Part shown: piece after piece, positions 1 through 10,276 of the stretch
Layout of the letters: every line of letters starts with the position of its first letter
How positions within the stretch are numbered: the stretch's first letter is position 1
Source: Alteromonas sp.
GTDB lineage: Bacteria; Pseudomonadota; Gammaproteobacteria; Enterobacterales; Alteromonadaceae
NCBI GenBank assembly: GCA_052032275.1
Contig: JBPEWW010000042.1
Location: 1 to 38,362, forward strand
Direction: 5' to 3'
DNA: 38,362 nucleotides
The notes under the pieces: generated by a model
Told to the model about the DNA's origin: nothing
Databases searched by the model: none
Seen by the model: the letters and a program-made list of their open reading frames with translations, nothing else
Made by a program: the position numbers and the translations under genes

Positions 1-98
1 AAGAAACACATTAGCAGCGACATCAGATCGGCAAATGTCCCCATCCACGCGGGCAGCCCTTCCGGCGGGCATTTCGGACACTCTTCTCTCTCAGCCAT
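1..98 (-). CDS. pomB: Flagellar stator protein PomB/MotB, 5' end only (runs off window)
   Basis: Hand translation from ATG at 98: MAEREECPKCPPEGLPAWMGTFADLMSLLMCF, the MotB/PomB TM motif W..TFADLMSLL. Lies 2 nt after the pomA stop. Confidence 0.93.
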   Translation of the reverse strand, partial: MAEREECPKCPPEGLPAWMGTFADLMSLLMCF

Positions 99-100
99 GA

Positions 101-865
101 CTACGCATCCTCGGCACCCGTGGCACGCTTGCTGGCGGCCAGATAGTTTTTCAGTATGCCTTCGATAACACGCGGATTCTGTCCATCAGCAATGCCGACA
201 ATGCCATCTAAAATCAGCTTCTGATTAAGTTTTTCTTCCTGAGCCCGAACGTTAAGCTTAAACGCAATGGGTAAGCAGATAACGTTGGCAAAAAAGGCGC
301 CATACAAGGTGGTTAACAGGGCTACTGCCATGGCCGGCCCGATAGCTTTAGGGTCGTCCATGTTTGACAGCATCGCCACCAGACCAATCAGGGTACCAAT
401 CATGCCCATCGCCGGTGCCACATCCCCCATCCCCTTAAATATGGTGGCGCCGAACTCGTGGCGCTCAGTGGTCATGGCGATATCCTTGGCAAGGGTTTCC
501 CGGACTACTTCGATATCGTGGCCATCCACCAGCATATCGACGCCCTTTTGCATAAACGGACTTTCGATTTCTGCCTCTTCTAACGCCAGAAAGCCACCTT
601 TACGCGCGGCATCAGCCATTTCCACCACTTTCTCAATCAGCGATTCCGGCGAGTCAATTTTAAACATAAACGCTTTGGCCGCTACCTTACCGGCACCAAA
701 AAACTGCGCCAGCGTGAACTGCGACAGCACCACGAAAATAGTACCGCCAAATACGATCAGAATTGAAGGGACATTGATGAACGTGCCAAGGTCGCCGCCA
801 AGCACCATGGCCATCACAACGAAGCCGATTGCCCCCAACATGCCTATGACGGTAGCTAAATCCAC
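101..865 (-). CDS. pomA: Flagellar stator protein PomA (Na+-type MotA family)
   Basis: MDLATVIG... with APAMGMIGTLIGLV and AVALLTTLYG motifs. Start moved to GTG at 865, which has a GAGGA SD upstream. Confidence 0.95.
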   Translation of the reverse strand: MDLATVIGMLGAIGFVVMAMVLGGDLGTFINVPSILIVFGGTIFVVLSQFTLAQFFGAGKVAAKAFMFKIDSPESLIEKVVEMADAARKGGFLALEEAEIESPFMQKGVDMLVDGHDIEVVRETLAKDIAMTTERHEFGATIFKGMGDVAPAMGMIGTLIGLVAMLSNMDDPKAIGPAMAVALLTTLYGAFFANVICLPIAFKLNVRAQEEKLNQKLILDGIVGIADGQNPRVIEGILKNYLAASKRATGAEDA

Positions 866-978
866 AAACTGTTCCTCATAAATTGCGCCAACCCGTGTTG
901 CCAATAGCGCTTAGGCTATTATTTTGCTTAGATTCTTCAGCGTCTTACAACACGTTTATAATTATAGTGCCAGCTATT

Positions 979-1006
979 CTATCGGCATGGCTGTAGAATT
1001 CTATAA
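979..1006 (-). promoter_or_regulatory. Putative sigma28 (FliA) promoter of pomAB
   Basis: Minus strand TTATAG-N14-GCCGATAG versus consensus CTAAAG-N14-GCCGATAA; fits a late flagellar gene. Confidence 0.65.
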
Positions 1007-1161
1007 CCATTTTGTTGAAATCCCACGAATGGTGTTACCCGTATTGTGCCGGGCAAACACGCTGCCCCCGCCGCCGCTGGACTGGACAAACCATTTGACC
1101 CGTCGCGCGGGCTCGGTTAATGTGCGCCTATTCTATTTAATACCCACAAACGAGTGAGCCT

Positions 1162-1404
1162 GTGACGGATAAAACTCCCACGCCAACGTTCGAAGAAAGC
1201 CTTTCTGAGCTGGAAGCTATCGTGAATGAAATGGAAAACGGTGATCTGCCGCTGCATACCGCACTGGAAAAGTTTGAACGCGGTATCAAATTGTCCCGTC
1301 AGAGCCAGCAATCCCTTGAACAGGCCGAACAAAAAGTAAAAATTTTGCTTTCTGAGCAAGGTCAGGAAACTCTGACGCCGCTTAAACAAGACGACACAAA
1401 GTAG
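1162..1404 (+). CDS. xseB: Exodeoxyribonuclease VII small subunit
   Basis: TFEESLSELEAIV..ME.G.LPL..AL..FERGI.L; canonical xseB-ispA-dxs order. Confidence 0.96.
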   Translation: MTDKTPTPTFEESLSELEAIVNEMENGDLPLHTALEKFERGIKLSRQSQQSLEQAEQKVKILLSEQGQETLTPLKQDDTK

Positions 1405-1447
1405 CCACCTCACACCCTGTGTTCGTGTCAGCTTAACAGGTCCCGCT

Positions 1448-2338
1448 ATGGAATTTTTGGCCCTGCATCAGCAGATTAAACAACAAACCGATGATGCACT
1501 TAGCCAGTTGATGAGTATGTTGCCCGCACACGCACCACGTCTGCAGGCCGCAATGCGCCACGCGCTGCTGGCGGGGGGCAAACGTATGCGTCCGCTGTTG
1601 GTGCACCTGATTGGTGACACCCTGGATATCCCACGACGGGACCAGCTTACCATCAGCATGGCAATTGAATGCATTCATGCCTATTCACTGGTACACGATG
1701 ACCTACCGGCAATGGACGATGATGACCTGCGCCGCGGCGTGCCTACTTGTCACATTGCATTTGACGAAGCCACTGCCATTCTAGCCGGTGATGCCTTACA
1801 GACGCTGGCGTTCACCGTACTTGCCGATTATCCAATGAGCGAATACGGCGACACGCAACGCGCCAGGCTGGTATCAGTGCTGGCGAAATCTGCCGGGTAC
1901 CTGGGTATGTGCGGCGGACAGGCCATTGATTTAGCTGCCACCGGCGAGTCTATTTCGGTGGCAGCGCTTACCCAGTTACACCAGCTCAAAACCGGGGCTC
2001 TGCTGTGCGCATGCGCAGAGATGGTAACCCTGGTCAGCGACAACCTGGCGGACGAAAGTCGCCTGGCACTGATTGAGTTTGCCCGGCTGATGGGACTGGC
2101 CTTTCAGGTCCAGGATGACATTCTGGACGTAGAAGGCAATGCCGAGCTGATTGGTAAGCCGCTGGGTTCGGACGAAGGCCATGGTAAAAATACCTTCCCG
2201 GCCCTGTTGGGCATGGACAGTGCAAAACAGGAACTGGCCTCGCTACATGAAAGCGCCCTTCAAGCGCTGGAGAGTTTACCCTACAATACAGATCATCTTG
2301 CCGCGTTCAGCGAGCTGATGGTGAAACGTGATCATTGA
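1448..2338 (+). CDS. ispA: Farnesyl diphosphate synthase
   Basis: GGKRMRP, DDLPAMDDDDLRRG and FQVQDDILD aspartate-rich motifs. Confidence 0.96.
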   Translation: MEFLALHQQIKQQTDDALSQLMSMLPAHAPRLQAAMRHALLAGGKRMRPLLVHLIGDTLDIPRRDQLTISMAIECIHAYSLVHDDLPAMDDDDLRRGVPTCHIAFDEATAILAGDALQTLAFTVLADYPMSEYGDTQRARLVSVLAKSAGYLGMCGGQAIDLAATGESISVAALTQLHQLKTGALLCACAEMVTLVSDNLADESRLALIEFARLMGLAFQVQDDILDVEGNAELIGKPLGSDEGHGKNTFPALLGMDSAKQELASLHESALQALESLPYNTDHLAAFSELMVKRDH

Positions 2339-2373
2339 GCGCTAGCGCGTTTACGCATAAAGAATAACAACGC

Positions 2374-4245
2374 ATGACTTTAGATCTGAAGCACTACCCT
2401 ACCCTGTCCCAGGCGTCCACGCCCGAGGCGTTACGCACCCTGTCGCAGGAACAACTGAAAAAGCTTGCTGATGAGCTGCGTGAATACCTGCTGAACTGTG
2501 TCAGTCAGAGTAGCGGGCATTTCGCCTCTGGTCTGGGCACCGTGGAGCTGACCGTGGCCCTGCACTATGTCTATAACACACCGTTTGACCGGTTGTTGTG
2601 GGACGTGGGTCATCAGGCATATCCCCATAAGATTCTGACCGGACGGGCAGGACGCATGTCTACCATCCGTCAGAAAGATGGCCTGCATCCGTTCCCATGG
2701 CCCCCGGAAAGCGATTATGACACTTTTGCCGTCGGGCATTCGTCCACGTCTATCAGCGCCGCGCTGGGGATGGCCGTTGCCGCCGAAAATGAGAATGCCG
2801 GGCGTAAAGTTGTGGCGGTCATTGGTGATGGTGCCATGACGGCAGGAATGGCGTTTGAAGCCCTCAATCATGCGGGTGACATCAATAAAGACATGGTGGT
2901 GGTGCTGAACGACAACGAAATGTCTATTTCCGAGAATGTCGGGGCCCTCAACAGCCACCTGGCACGCCTGTTAACCGGCAACTTTTTCAATACGATTCGT
3001 GATGGCGGTAAAAAACTGCTCAGTAATGTTCCGCCCATCAAAGAGTTTGCCAGCCGTGCCGAGGAACACCTCAAAGGCATGGTGGTACCGGGTACCATTT
3101 TTGAAGAGCTGGGCTTTAATTATATCGGCCCTATCGACGGCCATGATGTTGATGCGATGGTTGACACCCTGCGTAACATGCGCAAATTCAAAGGCCCGCA
3201 GCTGCTGCATGTGGTCACCCGCAAAGGCAAAGGTTATCCGTCTGCCGAAAAAGATCCAATCAAATTCCACGCAGTGCCAAAGTTCAATCCGGCGGAAAAC
3301 GCGCTGCCTAAAGCAAAACCTTCTGCACCAACTTTCTCTGCCATCTTCGGCCAGTGGTTGTGTGATATGGCCAGTCAGGATAACAAGCTGATGGCCGTCA
3401 CCCCTGCCATGCGGGAAGGCTCCGGAATGGTGGCGTTCTCCCAGCAGTTTCCTGACCAGTACTTTGATGTCGCGATTGCGGAACAGCACGCCGTGACGTT
3501 TGCCGCCGGACTGGCCAAAGAAGGCTTCAATGCGGTGGTAGCAATCTACTCCACATTTTTACAGCGTGCCTACGATCAGTTAATTCACGATGTGGCGCTG
3601 CAAAACCTGCCCGTGCTGTTTGCCATTGACCGGGCCGGCATTGTCGGCGCTGACGGGCCCACGCATCAGGGCGCATTCGATATTGCCTATCTGCGCTGTA
3701 TTCCTAATATGATCATCATGACGCCGTCGGACGAAAACGAGTGTCGTCAGATGCTTTATACCGGTCACCTTGCCGCACGACCTGCGGCGGTTCGTTATCC
3801 CCGTGGTGCCGGTAAAGGCATCACTCCGGATAACGCGATGCACACCATTACCCTGGGTGAATCACGGCAATGTCGCAGTGGAGAAAAGGTCGCTATTCTC
3901 AATTTCGGAACCTTGCTCCCGTATGCAGAGGAAGCGGCGGAGTCATTGAATGCGACGCTCATTGACATGCGATTTGTGAAGCCACTGGACACCGAAGCGG
4001 TGCAGCGCGCCTGTGAGTCACATGATCTGATTGTGACGCTGGAAGATGGCTGTGTAGCAGGCGGTGCCGGCAGCGCAGTGATGGAGCATATGCAAACCCT
4101 GCCAACCCTGCGCCGTGTACTTACACTCGGCCTGCCGGATGCGTTTATTTTGCAGGGCACCCAACAGGAAATGTACGCGGAGCACCGTCTGGACAGCAAG
4201 GGCATTGTTGAGCAGATTAACGGGGTATTAAACCAGCACAAATAG
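2374..4245 (+). CDS. dxs: 1-deoxy-D-xylulose-5-phosphate synthase
   Basis: [26 protein letters not shown] motif, DRAG.VG.DGPTHQG. Confidence 0.98.
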   Translation: MTLDLKHYPTLSQASTPEALRTLSQEQLKKLADELREYLLNCVSQSSGHFASGLGTVELTVALHYVYNTPFDRLLWDVGHQAYPHKILTGRAGRMSTIRQKDGLHPFPWPPESDYDTFAVGHSSTSISAALGMAVAAENENAGRKVVAVIGDGAMTAGMAFEALNHAGDINKDMVVVLNDNEMSISENVGALNSHLARLLTGNFFNTIRDGGKKLLSNVPPIKEFASRAEEHLKGMVVPGTIFEELGFNYIGPIDGHDVDAMVDTLRNMRKFKGPQLLHVVTRKGKGYPSAEKDPIKFHAVPKFNPAENALPKAKPSAPTFSAIFGQWLCDMASQDNKLMAVTPAMREGSGMVAFSQQFPDQYFDVAIAEQHAVTFAAGLAKEGFNAVVAIYSTFLQRAYDQLIHDVALQNLPVLFAIDRAGIVGADGPTHQGAFDIAYLRCIPNMIIMTPSDENECRQMLYTGHLAARPAAVRYPRGAGKGITPDNAMHTITLGESRQCRSGEKVAILNFGTLLPYAEEAAESLNATLIDMRFVKPLDTEAVQRACESHDLIVTLEDGCVAGGAGSAVMEHMQTLPTLRRVLTLGLPDAFILQGTQQEMYAEHRLDSKGIVEQINGVLNQHK

Positions 4246-4246
4246 C

Positions 4247-4283
4247 AAAAAGCCGGAACAGCGTAAGATGTTCCGGCTTTTTT
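4247..4283. terminator. Bidirectional intrinsic terminator between convergent dxs and pgpA
   Basis: AAAAAGCCGGAACA-loop-TGTTCCGGCTTTTTT inverted repeat with A/T tails on both sides. Confidence 0.9.
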
Positions 4284-4301
4284 AACTGTCTAGCTGTCGC
4301 T

Positions 4302-4799
4302 TCAGAACGTGAGCCAATGGGGCCATACAGCGCTAATCGCGTGCAAGCAGCCGCATGCCATAGCTCCGGCCAGTATGTCGTCCAGCATGATGCCGGTGCC
4401 GCCGTGCAGGCGCTTATCGATGATGTCGATGGGCCAGGGCTTTAAGATATCGAAAAGGCGAAACAGCAGGAAACCTGCAACCAGGTAGGGTACGGTCAGC
4501 GGCAGCATCAGAAAGGTGATAAACATACCGGCAACTTCATCCCATACAATGGAACCGTGATCATGCACCTGCATGTCATGGGCAGTTTTCCCACACAGAT
4601 AGATGCCGGCCATACTCACCACCAGCGTACAGAGAAGGTAACCGGCCGGCGATAGCCATGAGGCGGCCAACAGTAGCGGTATGGCAGCTAATGAACCGAA
4701 TGTGCCCGGCATAAAGGGGATGAGTCCACTGCCAAAGCCCAGCGCCAGGCAGTGAACCGGATTTTTCATGCTAACCCGCCGTCGATAGACCGGTTGCAT
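4302..4799 (-). CDS. pgpA: Phosphatidylglycerophosphatase A
   Basis: GFGSGL..PGTFGS, IVWDEVAG, FRLFDILKPWPI, GIMLDD; follows thiL with a TAATG overlap. Confidence 0.96.
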   Translation of the reverse strand: MQPVYRRRVSMKNPVHCLALGFGSGLIPFMPGTFGSLAAIPLLLAASWLSPAGYLLCTLVVSMAGIYLCGKTAHDMQVHDHGSIVWDEVAGMFITFLMLPLTVPYLVAGFLLFRLFDILKPWPIDIIDKRLHGGTGIMLDDILAGAMACGCLHAISAVWPHWLTF

Positions 4800-5764
4800 T
4801 AAAACTCGTGCTCATAGCCTGCCTTGGCCGGCAGGTTATAGGGCTGATTATTTAACTTTAGTTCAATGTTTTCGCGATGGCCGGTCAGCTGGCCTATACA
4901 GGTCGCTTTGACATTGGTGCTGGCCAGCGAGGTTTCCAGGTTGCCGCGCTGCTCTTCACTGACGGTGAAAATCAGCTCATAGTCATCGCCCGCCGCAAGC
5001 GCATACTGGTAAGCCTGTTCGATATCAGTCACGTGCCGTAACGCCCTCGAGATAGGCAGTTTATCCACATGCAGGCAGGCACCACAGCCAGACTGACGCA
5101 GTATGTGGGATAAATCGGCCAGCAGTCCATCGGACACGTCAATGCAGGCACTGGCCGTGCGACGCAATGCGGTGCCCGCCGCCACCCGGGGCGTCGGATA
5201 CTGGTGGCGTTTAATCAGGTAATCCCGTGCTTCGCCCTCGGCTATCAGCTTGTCCTGCAAAATATCCAGGCCAGCGCCGGCATCGCCAAGGGTGCCCGTC
5301 ACATACAACCAGTCACCCGGCCGCGCCTGCGAACGTTGCAATGCCGAGCCCGGTGGTATGAAGCCCTGTGCTGTGATGGTCAGTGCCATCGGCCCGCATA
5401 CAGTATCCCCGCCAATCAGCTGTACAGAGTAATACTGCGTAAGCTCATATAACCCGCTGACGAACTCTTCAAGCCAGCTTTCCTGTAGCTCAGGCAGTGA
5501 CAGCGACAGGCTTATCCAGGCCGGTTCTGCCCCCATTGCCGCGAGATCACTTAAATTGACGGCCACGGCCTTATGCGCGACCGAACGGGCAGGTGCATCT
5601 GCTAAAAAATGCACGCCTGCGACCAGGGTATCCGTGGTAACAGCGAGTTGCTGATTCTCAGCTACAGTGGTTACCGCACAGTCGTCGCCTATCCCTACCA
5701 CGACATCCTTGCGCTGATGGCCGCCTTCAGAAAAATAGCGACCGATAAGATCAAATTCTTTCAC
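4799..5764 (-). CDS. thiL: Thiamine-monophosphate kinase
   Basis: (M)KEFDLIGRYF, GIGDDCA, NLSDLAAMGA, DVSDGL. Start moved to GTG at 5764. Confidence 0.96.
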   Translation of the reverse strand: MKEFDLIGRYFSEGGHQRKDVVVGIGDDCAVTTVAENQQLAVTTDTLVAGVHFLADAPARSVAHKAVAVNLSDLAAMGAEPAWISLSLSLPELQESWLEEFVSGLYELTQYYSVQLIGGDTVCGPMALTITAQGFIPPGSALQRSQARPGDWLYVTGTLGDAGAGLDILQDKLIAEGEARDYLIKRHQYPTPRVAAGTALRRTASACIDVSDGLLADLSHILRQSGCGACLHVDKLPISRALRHVTDIEQAYQYALAAGDDYELIFTVSEEQRGNLETSLASTNVKATCIGQLTGHRENIELKLNNQPYNLPAKAGYEHEF

Positions 5765-5821
5765 GTTTCCAACTATTGCGTCGACGCGTGACCAAGGCCG
5801 GTCACGCTTTAGGTTCACCGA

Positions 5822-6244
5822 CTAGCCGCGTTCGTCCTTGCGGAGGGTGCGAACAGCTTTATCCAGTGCGCCGTTAATGAATTTATGACTTTCTTCGGCA
5901 CCAAACGATTTCGCCAGCTCGATGGCTTCGTTGATAATAACCCGGTATGGCACGTCCATGCGTTGGGTAAGTTCGTAGGTCGCCAGTCGTAAAATGGCTT
6001 TTTCGATGGCATCCAGCTCCTCGGGCAAGCGCCCCAGGTAGGGTTTGATGGCACTGTCTAACGTTGCTGACTCTGCCGCCACGCCCCGGATAAGGGCCTG
6101 GAAGTATGGCAGGTCGACTTTTTGCATATCATTGCTGGTTGCCAGAGACAATTCCACCTGCTCGATGGGGTTCTTACTTAACTGCCAGGAATAGATCCCC
6201 TGAAGGGCCAGTTCCCGGGCTTTATGACGTGCTGAAACTTTCAC
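5822..6244 (-). CDS. nusB: Transcription antitermination factor NusB
   Basis: RHKARELALQ..Y, VIINEAIELAK.FG, KFINGALD. Confidence 0.97.
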   Translation of the reverse strand: MKVSARHKARELALQGIYSWQLSKNPIEQVELSLATSNDMQKVDLPYFQALIRGVAAESATLDSAIKPYLGRLPEELDAIEKAILRLATYELTQRMDVPYRVIINEAIELAKSFGAEESHKFINGALDKAVRTLRKDERG

Positions 6245-6258
6245 TTATGCCGCCTACC

Positions 6259-6732
6259 TTATAATTTGTCGACAGCGTCGATGACATTCACCATTTCCAG
6301 CGCGCCCAGTGCAGCTTCTGCACCTTTATTGCCCGCTTTGGTGCCAGAGCGCTCAATGGCCTGTTCAATGGAGTCGGTGGTGATAACCCCGAATGACAGC
6401 GGCACGCCGTACTCCAGCGATACCTGCGCTAAGCCTTTGTTGCACTCGCCGGCAACGAAATCAAAGTGGGGGGTGCCGCCACGAATAACCGCGCCTAATG
6501 CGATGATGGCATCGAACGACTGTTTCTCAGCCAGCTTTTTGGCCACAACCGGCAGCTCATAAGCACCCGGCACGCGCACAACTGTAATGTCGTCGTCGCT
6601 CACTTCGCCATGACGTTCAAGTGTATCCAGCGCACCTTCCAGCAAGCTTTCCACCACAAAACTGTTGAACCGTGACACCACAATGGCGAATTTCTTACCG
6701 GTCGCTCTGATATTACCTTCTATGACCTGCAT
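6259..6732 (-). CDS. ribH: 6,7-dimethyl-8-ribityllumazine synthase
   Basis: [33 protein letters not shown]. Start moved to ATG at 6732 (GAGGA SD). Confidence 0.97.
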   Translation of the reverse strand: MQVIEGNIRATGKKFAIVVSRFNSFVVESLLEGALDTLERHGEVSDDDITVVRVPGAYELPVVAKKLAEKQSFDAIIALGAVIRGGTPHFDFVAGECNKGLAQVSLEYGVPLSFGVITTDSIEQAIERSGTKAGNKGAEAALGALEMVNVIDAVDKL

Positions 6733-6761
6733 GATTTCTTTCCTCGAGAAAAACGGCGCGC

Positions 6762-6770
6762 AGTATAGCA
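6762..6770 (-). promoter_or_regulatory. Putative internal extended -10 promoter for ribH-nusB-thiL-pgpA
   Basis: Minus strand TGCTATACT (TGn + TATACT) about 30 nt upstream of the ribH ATG, within a 74-nt gap; no good -35. Confidence 0.45.
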
Positions 6771-6806
6771 CAACCACGCGCAAACTACATTGAATGTTGG
6801 CAGGAA

Positions 6807-7916
6807 TCAGTCCTGCTGATCGTGGATATATTCTACAACTTCCAGACCGTAGCCGGACAGTGCATGATACTTAATGGGCTTACTGAGCAGACGCATTTGC
6901 TTCACACCCAGACTGGCCAGTATCTGACTGCCCACTCCGATAGTGCGTGAGGAACCCTGCCACTCTGCCCCGGCTGGCTGTTCGCCCCGGTCCTCAGCAG
7001 CGAAGCGACGTACCTGACTTTCAATTTGCTCCTCTTTGCCCAGGATCACCACGATGCCCCCCTCATCAGCAATGCGGGTCATGGCCTCAGGCAGCGTCAT
7101 CGAACGATGGATCCCCCGGGTCGAGCCGAGCAGATCGCTGAACGTATTGTGTAAGTGCACCCGCACCAGGGTGGGCGTGTCTTCACTCACCTCCCCTTTC
7201 ATCAGCGCGAAGTGAACCTGGTTATCAATGACATCCTTAAAGGTATGCAGCTCGAAGTCGCCGTATTCAGTGGGCAAGTGGCACTGTGCGACTTTTTCAA
7301 TGGTGGTTTCATTCAGGTTGCGGTATTCAATTAAATCCGCAATTGTGCCGATTTTTAGATTGTGCTTGCTGGCAAATGTTTCCAGTTGCGGGCGCCGCGC
7401 CATAGTGCCATCTTCATTCAGAATTTCGACGATTACACCCGCGGGCTCACACCCGGCCAGGCGCGGTAAATCCACCCCGGCTTCGGTGTGACCGGCACGG
7501 TTCAGTACCCCGCCTTCTTTGGCAATCAGTGGAAAAATATGGCCTGGCTGCACAATGTCGGTGGCTTTAGCGTCCGGCGCAACCGCCGCCAGGATGGTCG
7601 TGGCGCGATCGGCTGCCGAAATACCGGTTGTCACGCCCCGTGCGGCCTCAATAGAAACGGTAAAATTGGTAGCGAACTGCGCTTCGTTCTTGTCTACCAT
7701 CAGGGGCAGGTTCAACCGCTTGCAGCGCTCTTGAGTCATGGGCATACAGACCAGTCCGCGCGCGTGCGTCACCATGAAATTGATGGCTTCCGGTGTAACG
7801 TGCTCAGCGGCCATGATGAGATCGCCTTCATTTTCCCGATCTTCATCGTCCATCAGAATGACCATCTTGCCCTGACGAATGTCTTCAATTATTTCCTGAG
7901 GAGTATTCAATGCCAT
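6807..7916 (-). CDS. ribB: DHBP synthase fused to a degenerate GTP cyclohydrolase II-like domain (RibBX/RibBA type)
   Basis: [19 protein letters not shown] and RAGHTEA in the RibB domain; C-terminal RibA-like domain lacks the Zn-binding cysteines. Start moved to ATG at 7916. Confidence 0.93.
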   Translation of the reverse strand: MALNTPQEIIEDIRQGKMVILMDDEDRENEGDLIMAAEHVTPEAINFMVTHARGLVCMPMTQERCKRLNLPLMVDKNEAQFATNFTVSIEAARGVTTGISAADRATTILAAVAPDAKATDIVQPGHIFPLIAKEGGVLNRAGHTEAGVDLPRLAGCEPAGVIVEILNEDGTMARRPQLETFASKHNLKIGTIADLIEYRNLNETTIEKVAQCHLPTEYGDFELHTFKDVIDNQVHFALMKGEVSEDTPTLVRVHLHNTFSDLLGSTRGIHRSMTLPEAMTRIADEGGIVVILGKEEQIESQVRRFAAEDRGEQPAGAEWQGSSRTIGVGSQILASLGVKQMRLLSKPIKYHALSGYGLEVVEYIHDQQD

Positions 7917-7941
7917 ATTAATTATGCTTCTTGTAGGGTAT

Positions 7942-8607
7942 TTATTTTCGTAAAAAGCCATTTTCGGCCAGAAACGCCATATCGATGCCACGGTTACTGT
8001 CGGGTTCAGCCGCTTTGTCGCCCAGCATTAACCGTTCCAGGTAGCGGGCAACCACATCCACTTCCAGGTTGACCTGGGTACCGGCCTGGTATGTACCAAT
8101 AACGGTTTCCTGAAGCGTATGAGGGATAATCCACAACATAAACTCTGCACCATTCACTTCGTTTACCGTCAGGCTCACACCATCTACCGTAATGCTGCCT
8201 TTATGCGCGATATACTTCGCAATAGCAGCCGGTGCCTTCACCCAAATTTCAACATAGTCGGTATGATGGGTAACTTTGCTGACTTCACCTACGCCGTCCA
8301 CATGACCGGACACAATGTGGCCACCAAAGCGGTCGGTGGGCCGCATGGCTTTTTCCAGATTCACCTTTGAGCCGGCTTGATAATGCGCAAAGCCGGTGTA
8401 TTTTATTGTTTCCGCTGACACGTCAGCACAGTAATAGTGCTCGCCCATATCAGTAACGGTCAGACAAACGCCGTTGGTGGCAATGCTGTCGCCAAGCGCC
8501 ACATCCGACATGTCCAGTTTATCTGACGATACCGTCAGCCGAATACTGTCTCCGCGGTTTTCCAGACCGGTGATGCTACCCAGCGCTTCAATAATTCCGG
8601 TAAACAT
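7942..8607 (-). CDS. ribE: Riboflavin synthase (alpha chain; ribC in E. coli naming)
   Basis: MFTGII N-terminus, [24 protein letters not shown]. Confidence 0.97.
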   Translation of the reverse strand: MFTGIIEALGSITGLENRGDSIRLTVSSDKLDMSDVALGDSIATNGVCLTVTDMGEHYYCADVSAETIKYTGFAHYQAGSKVNLEKAMRPTDRFGGHIVSGHVDGVGEVSKVTHHTDYVEIWVKAPAAIAKYIAHKGSITVDGVSLTVNEVNGAEFMLWIIPHTLQETVIGTYQAGTQVNLEVDVVARYLERLMLGDKAAEPDSNRGIDMAFLAENGFLRK

Positions 8608-8617
8608 AACGTCTCTC

Positions 8618-9742
8618 TCAATTATTCAATTTCTGTACGACTTCAAACTGAAACCGCATATCGTTGCCGACTTTGCGGCTATCTGTCATACGCAACGCTA
8701 CCGTCTCAGCCAGTGTGTTGAAGGCAGGCAGGGACACCATTGAGATGGCTTCACTGCCAAGCAGTTTAGGTGCCTGATAAACAATCAGTTCGTCAACCTC
8801 GCCCTGCTGCAACAAGGCGCCTGCCAGACCAGGACCCGCTTCTACCCAGACCTCGTTGAGCTGCATCGCACCAAGCCGCGCCATAAGTGCACCTAAATCC
8901 ACCTGACCGTCTTTGTCGGGCAGTGACAGCACCTGCGCAGAACGCTCAGTTTCAGCCGGTTGCCGGGTGGTCGCTACGTAGGTGACCTTACCGTCGTTGA
9001 ACACCTGCAAATCAGCGGGTAATGATTGTTTGCTGTCTACCACTATTCGAATGGGCTGACGAATCGCGTGCAGCGGATAATCGTCGAACCGGGCCTCCTG
9101 GGCTCTCACCAGTAAACTGGGGTTGTCGGCGCGCACTGTGCCTGAGCCGGTCAGTATGGCACAACTTTGTGCCCGGTACCGTTGCACATCCCGGCGGGCT
9201 GCCGGCCCGGTGATCCACTGGCTGACGCCGTTGGCCAGCGCAATTTTGCCATCCAGGCTGATCCCCAGTTTTACCCGGACCAGGGGTTTGCCGGTCATCA
9301 TACGTTTTATGAAGCCCGGATTCAGCGCTGCTGCCTGGGCGGCCATCACTTCTGTGATCACCTCGATCCCGGCCTCCTGCAGCCGGGCAATGCCACTGCC
9401 ACTGACATTGGGGTTCGGGTCGGTCATGGCGACCACAACTCTGGCAACACCGGCCTCAATTAACGCATTTGCACAGGGTGGCGTACGGCCGAAATGACTA
9501 CAGGGTTCCAGCGTGACATAGGCGGTCCCGCCGCGCGACGCGGCGCCGGCTTCCCGCAGAGCATGGACTTCAGCATGCGCCCCGCCGGCTTCAATGTGGT
9601 AACCTTGGCCGGCCAGGCTGCCTTGCTTGTCAAGGATGATACAGCCAACCCGGGGGTTGGGAGAGGTGCTATACAGGCCGCGTTGGGCAAGCTGAATGGC
9701 TTGCGCCATCCAGTGATAATCGGTTGCTATTGCATGAGGCAT
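8618..9742 (-). CDS. ribD: Bifunctional pyrimidine deaminase/reductase
   Basis: HAE...TLEPCSH.GRTPPC zinc motif; SLDGKIA; EAGPGLAG. Confidence 0.97.
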   Translation of the reverse strand: MPHAIATDYHWMAQAIQLAQRGLYSTSPNPRVGCIILDKQGSLAGQGYHIEAGGAHAEVHALREAGAASRGGTAYVTLEPCSHFGRTPPCANALIEAGVARVVVAMTDPNPNVSGSGIARLQEAGIEVITEVMAAQAAALNPGFIKRMMTGKPLVRVKLGISLDGKIALANGVSQWITGPAARRDVQRYRAQSCAILTGSGTVRADNPSLLVRAQEARFDDYPLHAIRQPIRIVVDSKQSLPADLQVFNDGKVTYVATTRQPAETERSAQVLSLPDKDGQVDLGALMARLGAMQLNEVWVEAGPGLAGALLQQGEVDELIVYQAPKLLGSEAISMVSLPAFNTLAETVALRMTDSRKVGNDMRFQFEVVQKLNN

Positions 9743-9764
9743 TTATTTACCCCCGCCTGGTAGG

Positions 9765-10217
9765 TTATTTCTCGCCGAGCCTGGCAATCTCTTCTCCGAA
9801 CTCCCGAATGTCTTCAAACGACCGGTAGACTGACGCAAAGCGGACATACGCCACTTTATCCAGCTCTTTAAGGGCATTCATTATCAGGGTACCAAGCAGT
9901 TCGCTTTCCACTTCCCGCTCGCCCGTGGCGCGCAGTTGTGACTTCAGCGACAGCACACACTGCTCCACTTTTTCCGTGCTCACCGGACGCTTTTCCAGGG
10001 CTCGTTGCAAGCCAGCCCTGAGCTTGTCTTCATTGAAAGGCTCGCGGGAACCATCGCGTTTGATCACCCTTGGCATCACCAGCTCGGCACTCTCAAACGT
10101 GGTAAATCGCTCGTGACACTCCAGACATTCGCGACGACGCCGCACCTGATGCCCCTCGGCAACCAGCCGTGAGTCGATGACTTTCGTTTCCTGAGCGGAA
10201 CAGAATGGGCAGAACAT
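9765..10217 (-). CDS. nrdR: Transcriptional repressor NrdR
   Basis: MFCPFC...DSR...[15 protein letters not shown] zinc ribbon plus ATP-cone, [10 protein letters not shown]. Start moved to ATG at 10217. Confidence 0.98.
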   Translation of the reverse strand: MFCPFCSAQETKVIDSRLVAEGHQVRRRRECLECHERFTTFESAELVMPRVIKRDGSREPFNEDKLRAGLQRALEKRPVSTEKVEQCVLSLKSQLRATGEREVESELLGTLIMNALKELDKVAYVRFASVYRSFEDIREFGEEIARLGEK

Positions 10218-10223
10218 GCAGGA

Positions 10224-10259
10224 TCCTCGTTTAAGGGGCGTTGCCCCCGTTAACGAGAA
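10224..10259 (-). other. Intergenic stem-loop between glyA and nrdR that includes the nrdR SD
   Basis: Minus strand TTCTCG-TTAA-CG-GGGGC-AAC-GCCCC-TTAA-A-CGAGGA; no U-tail. Confidence 0.6.
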
Positions 10260-10276
10260 CAACGCCTGCTATGCAT

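Noticed and set aside
267-881. 204-aa plus-strand ORF opposite pomA, and the many similar 60-190 aa overlapping ORFs in the track
   Set aside because: They lie on or opposite well-supported genes and have shadow-like composition.
6733-6806. boxA element upstream of ribH-nusB for Nus autoregulation
   Set aside because: No GYTCTTTAA-like match on the coding strand.
8608-10276. FMN riboswitch for the rib genes
   Set aside because: Intergenic gaps are only 10-60 nt and no RFN consensus is visible.
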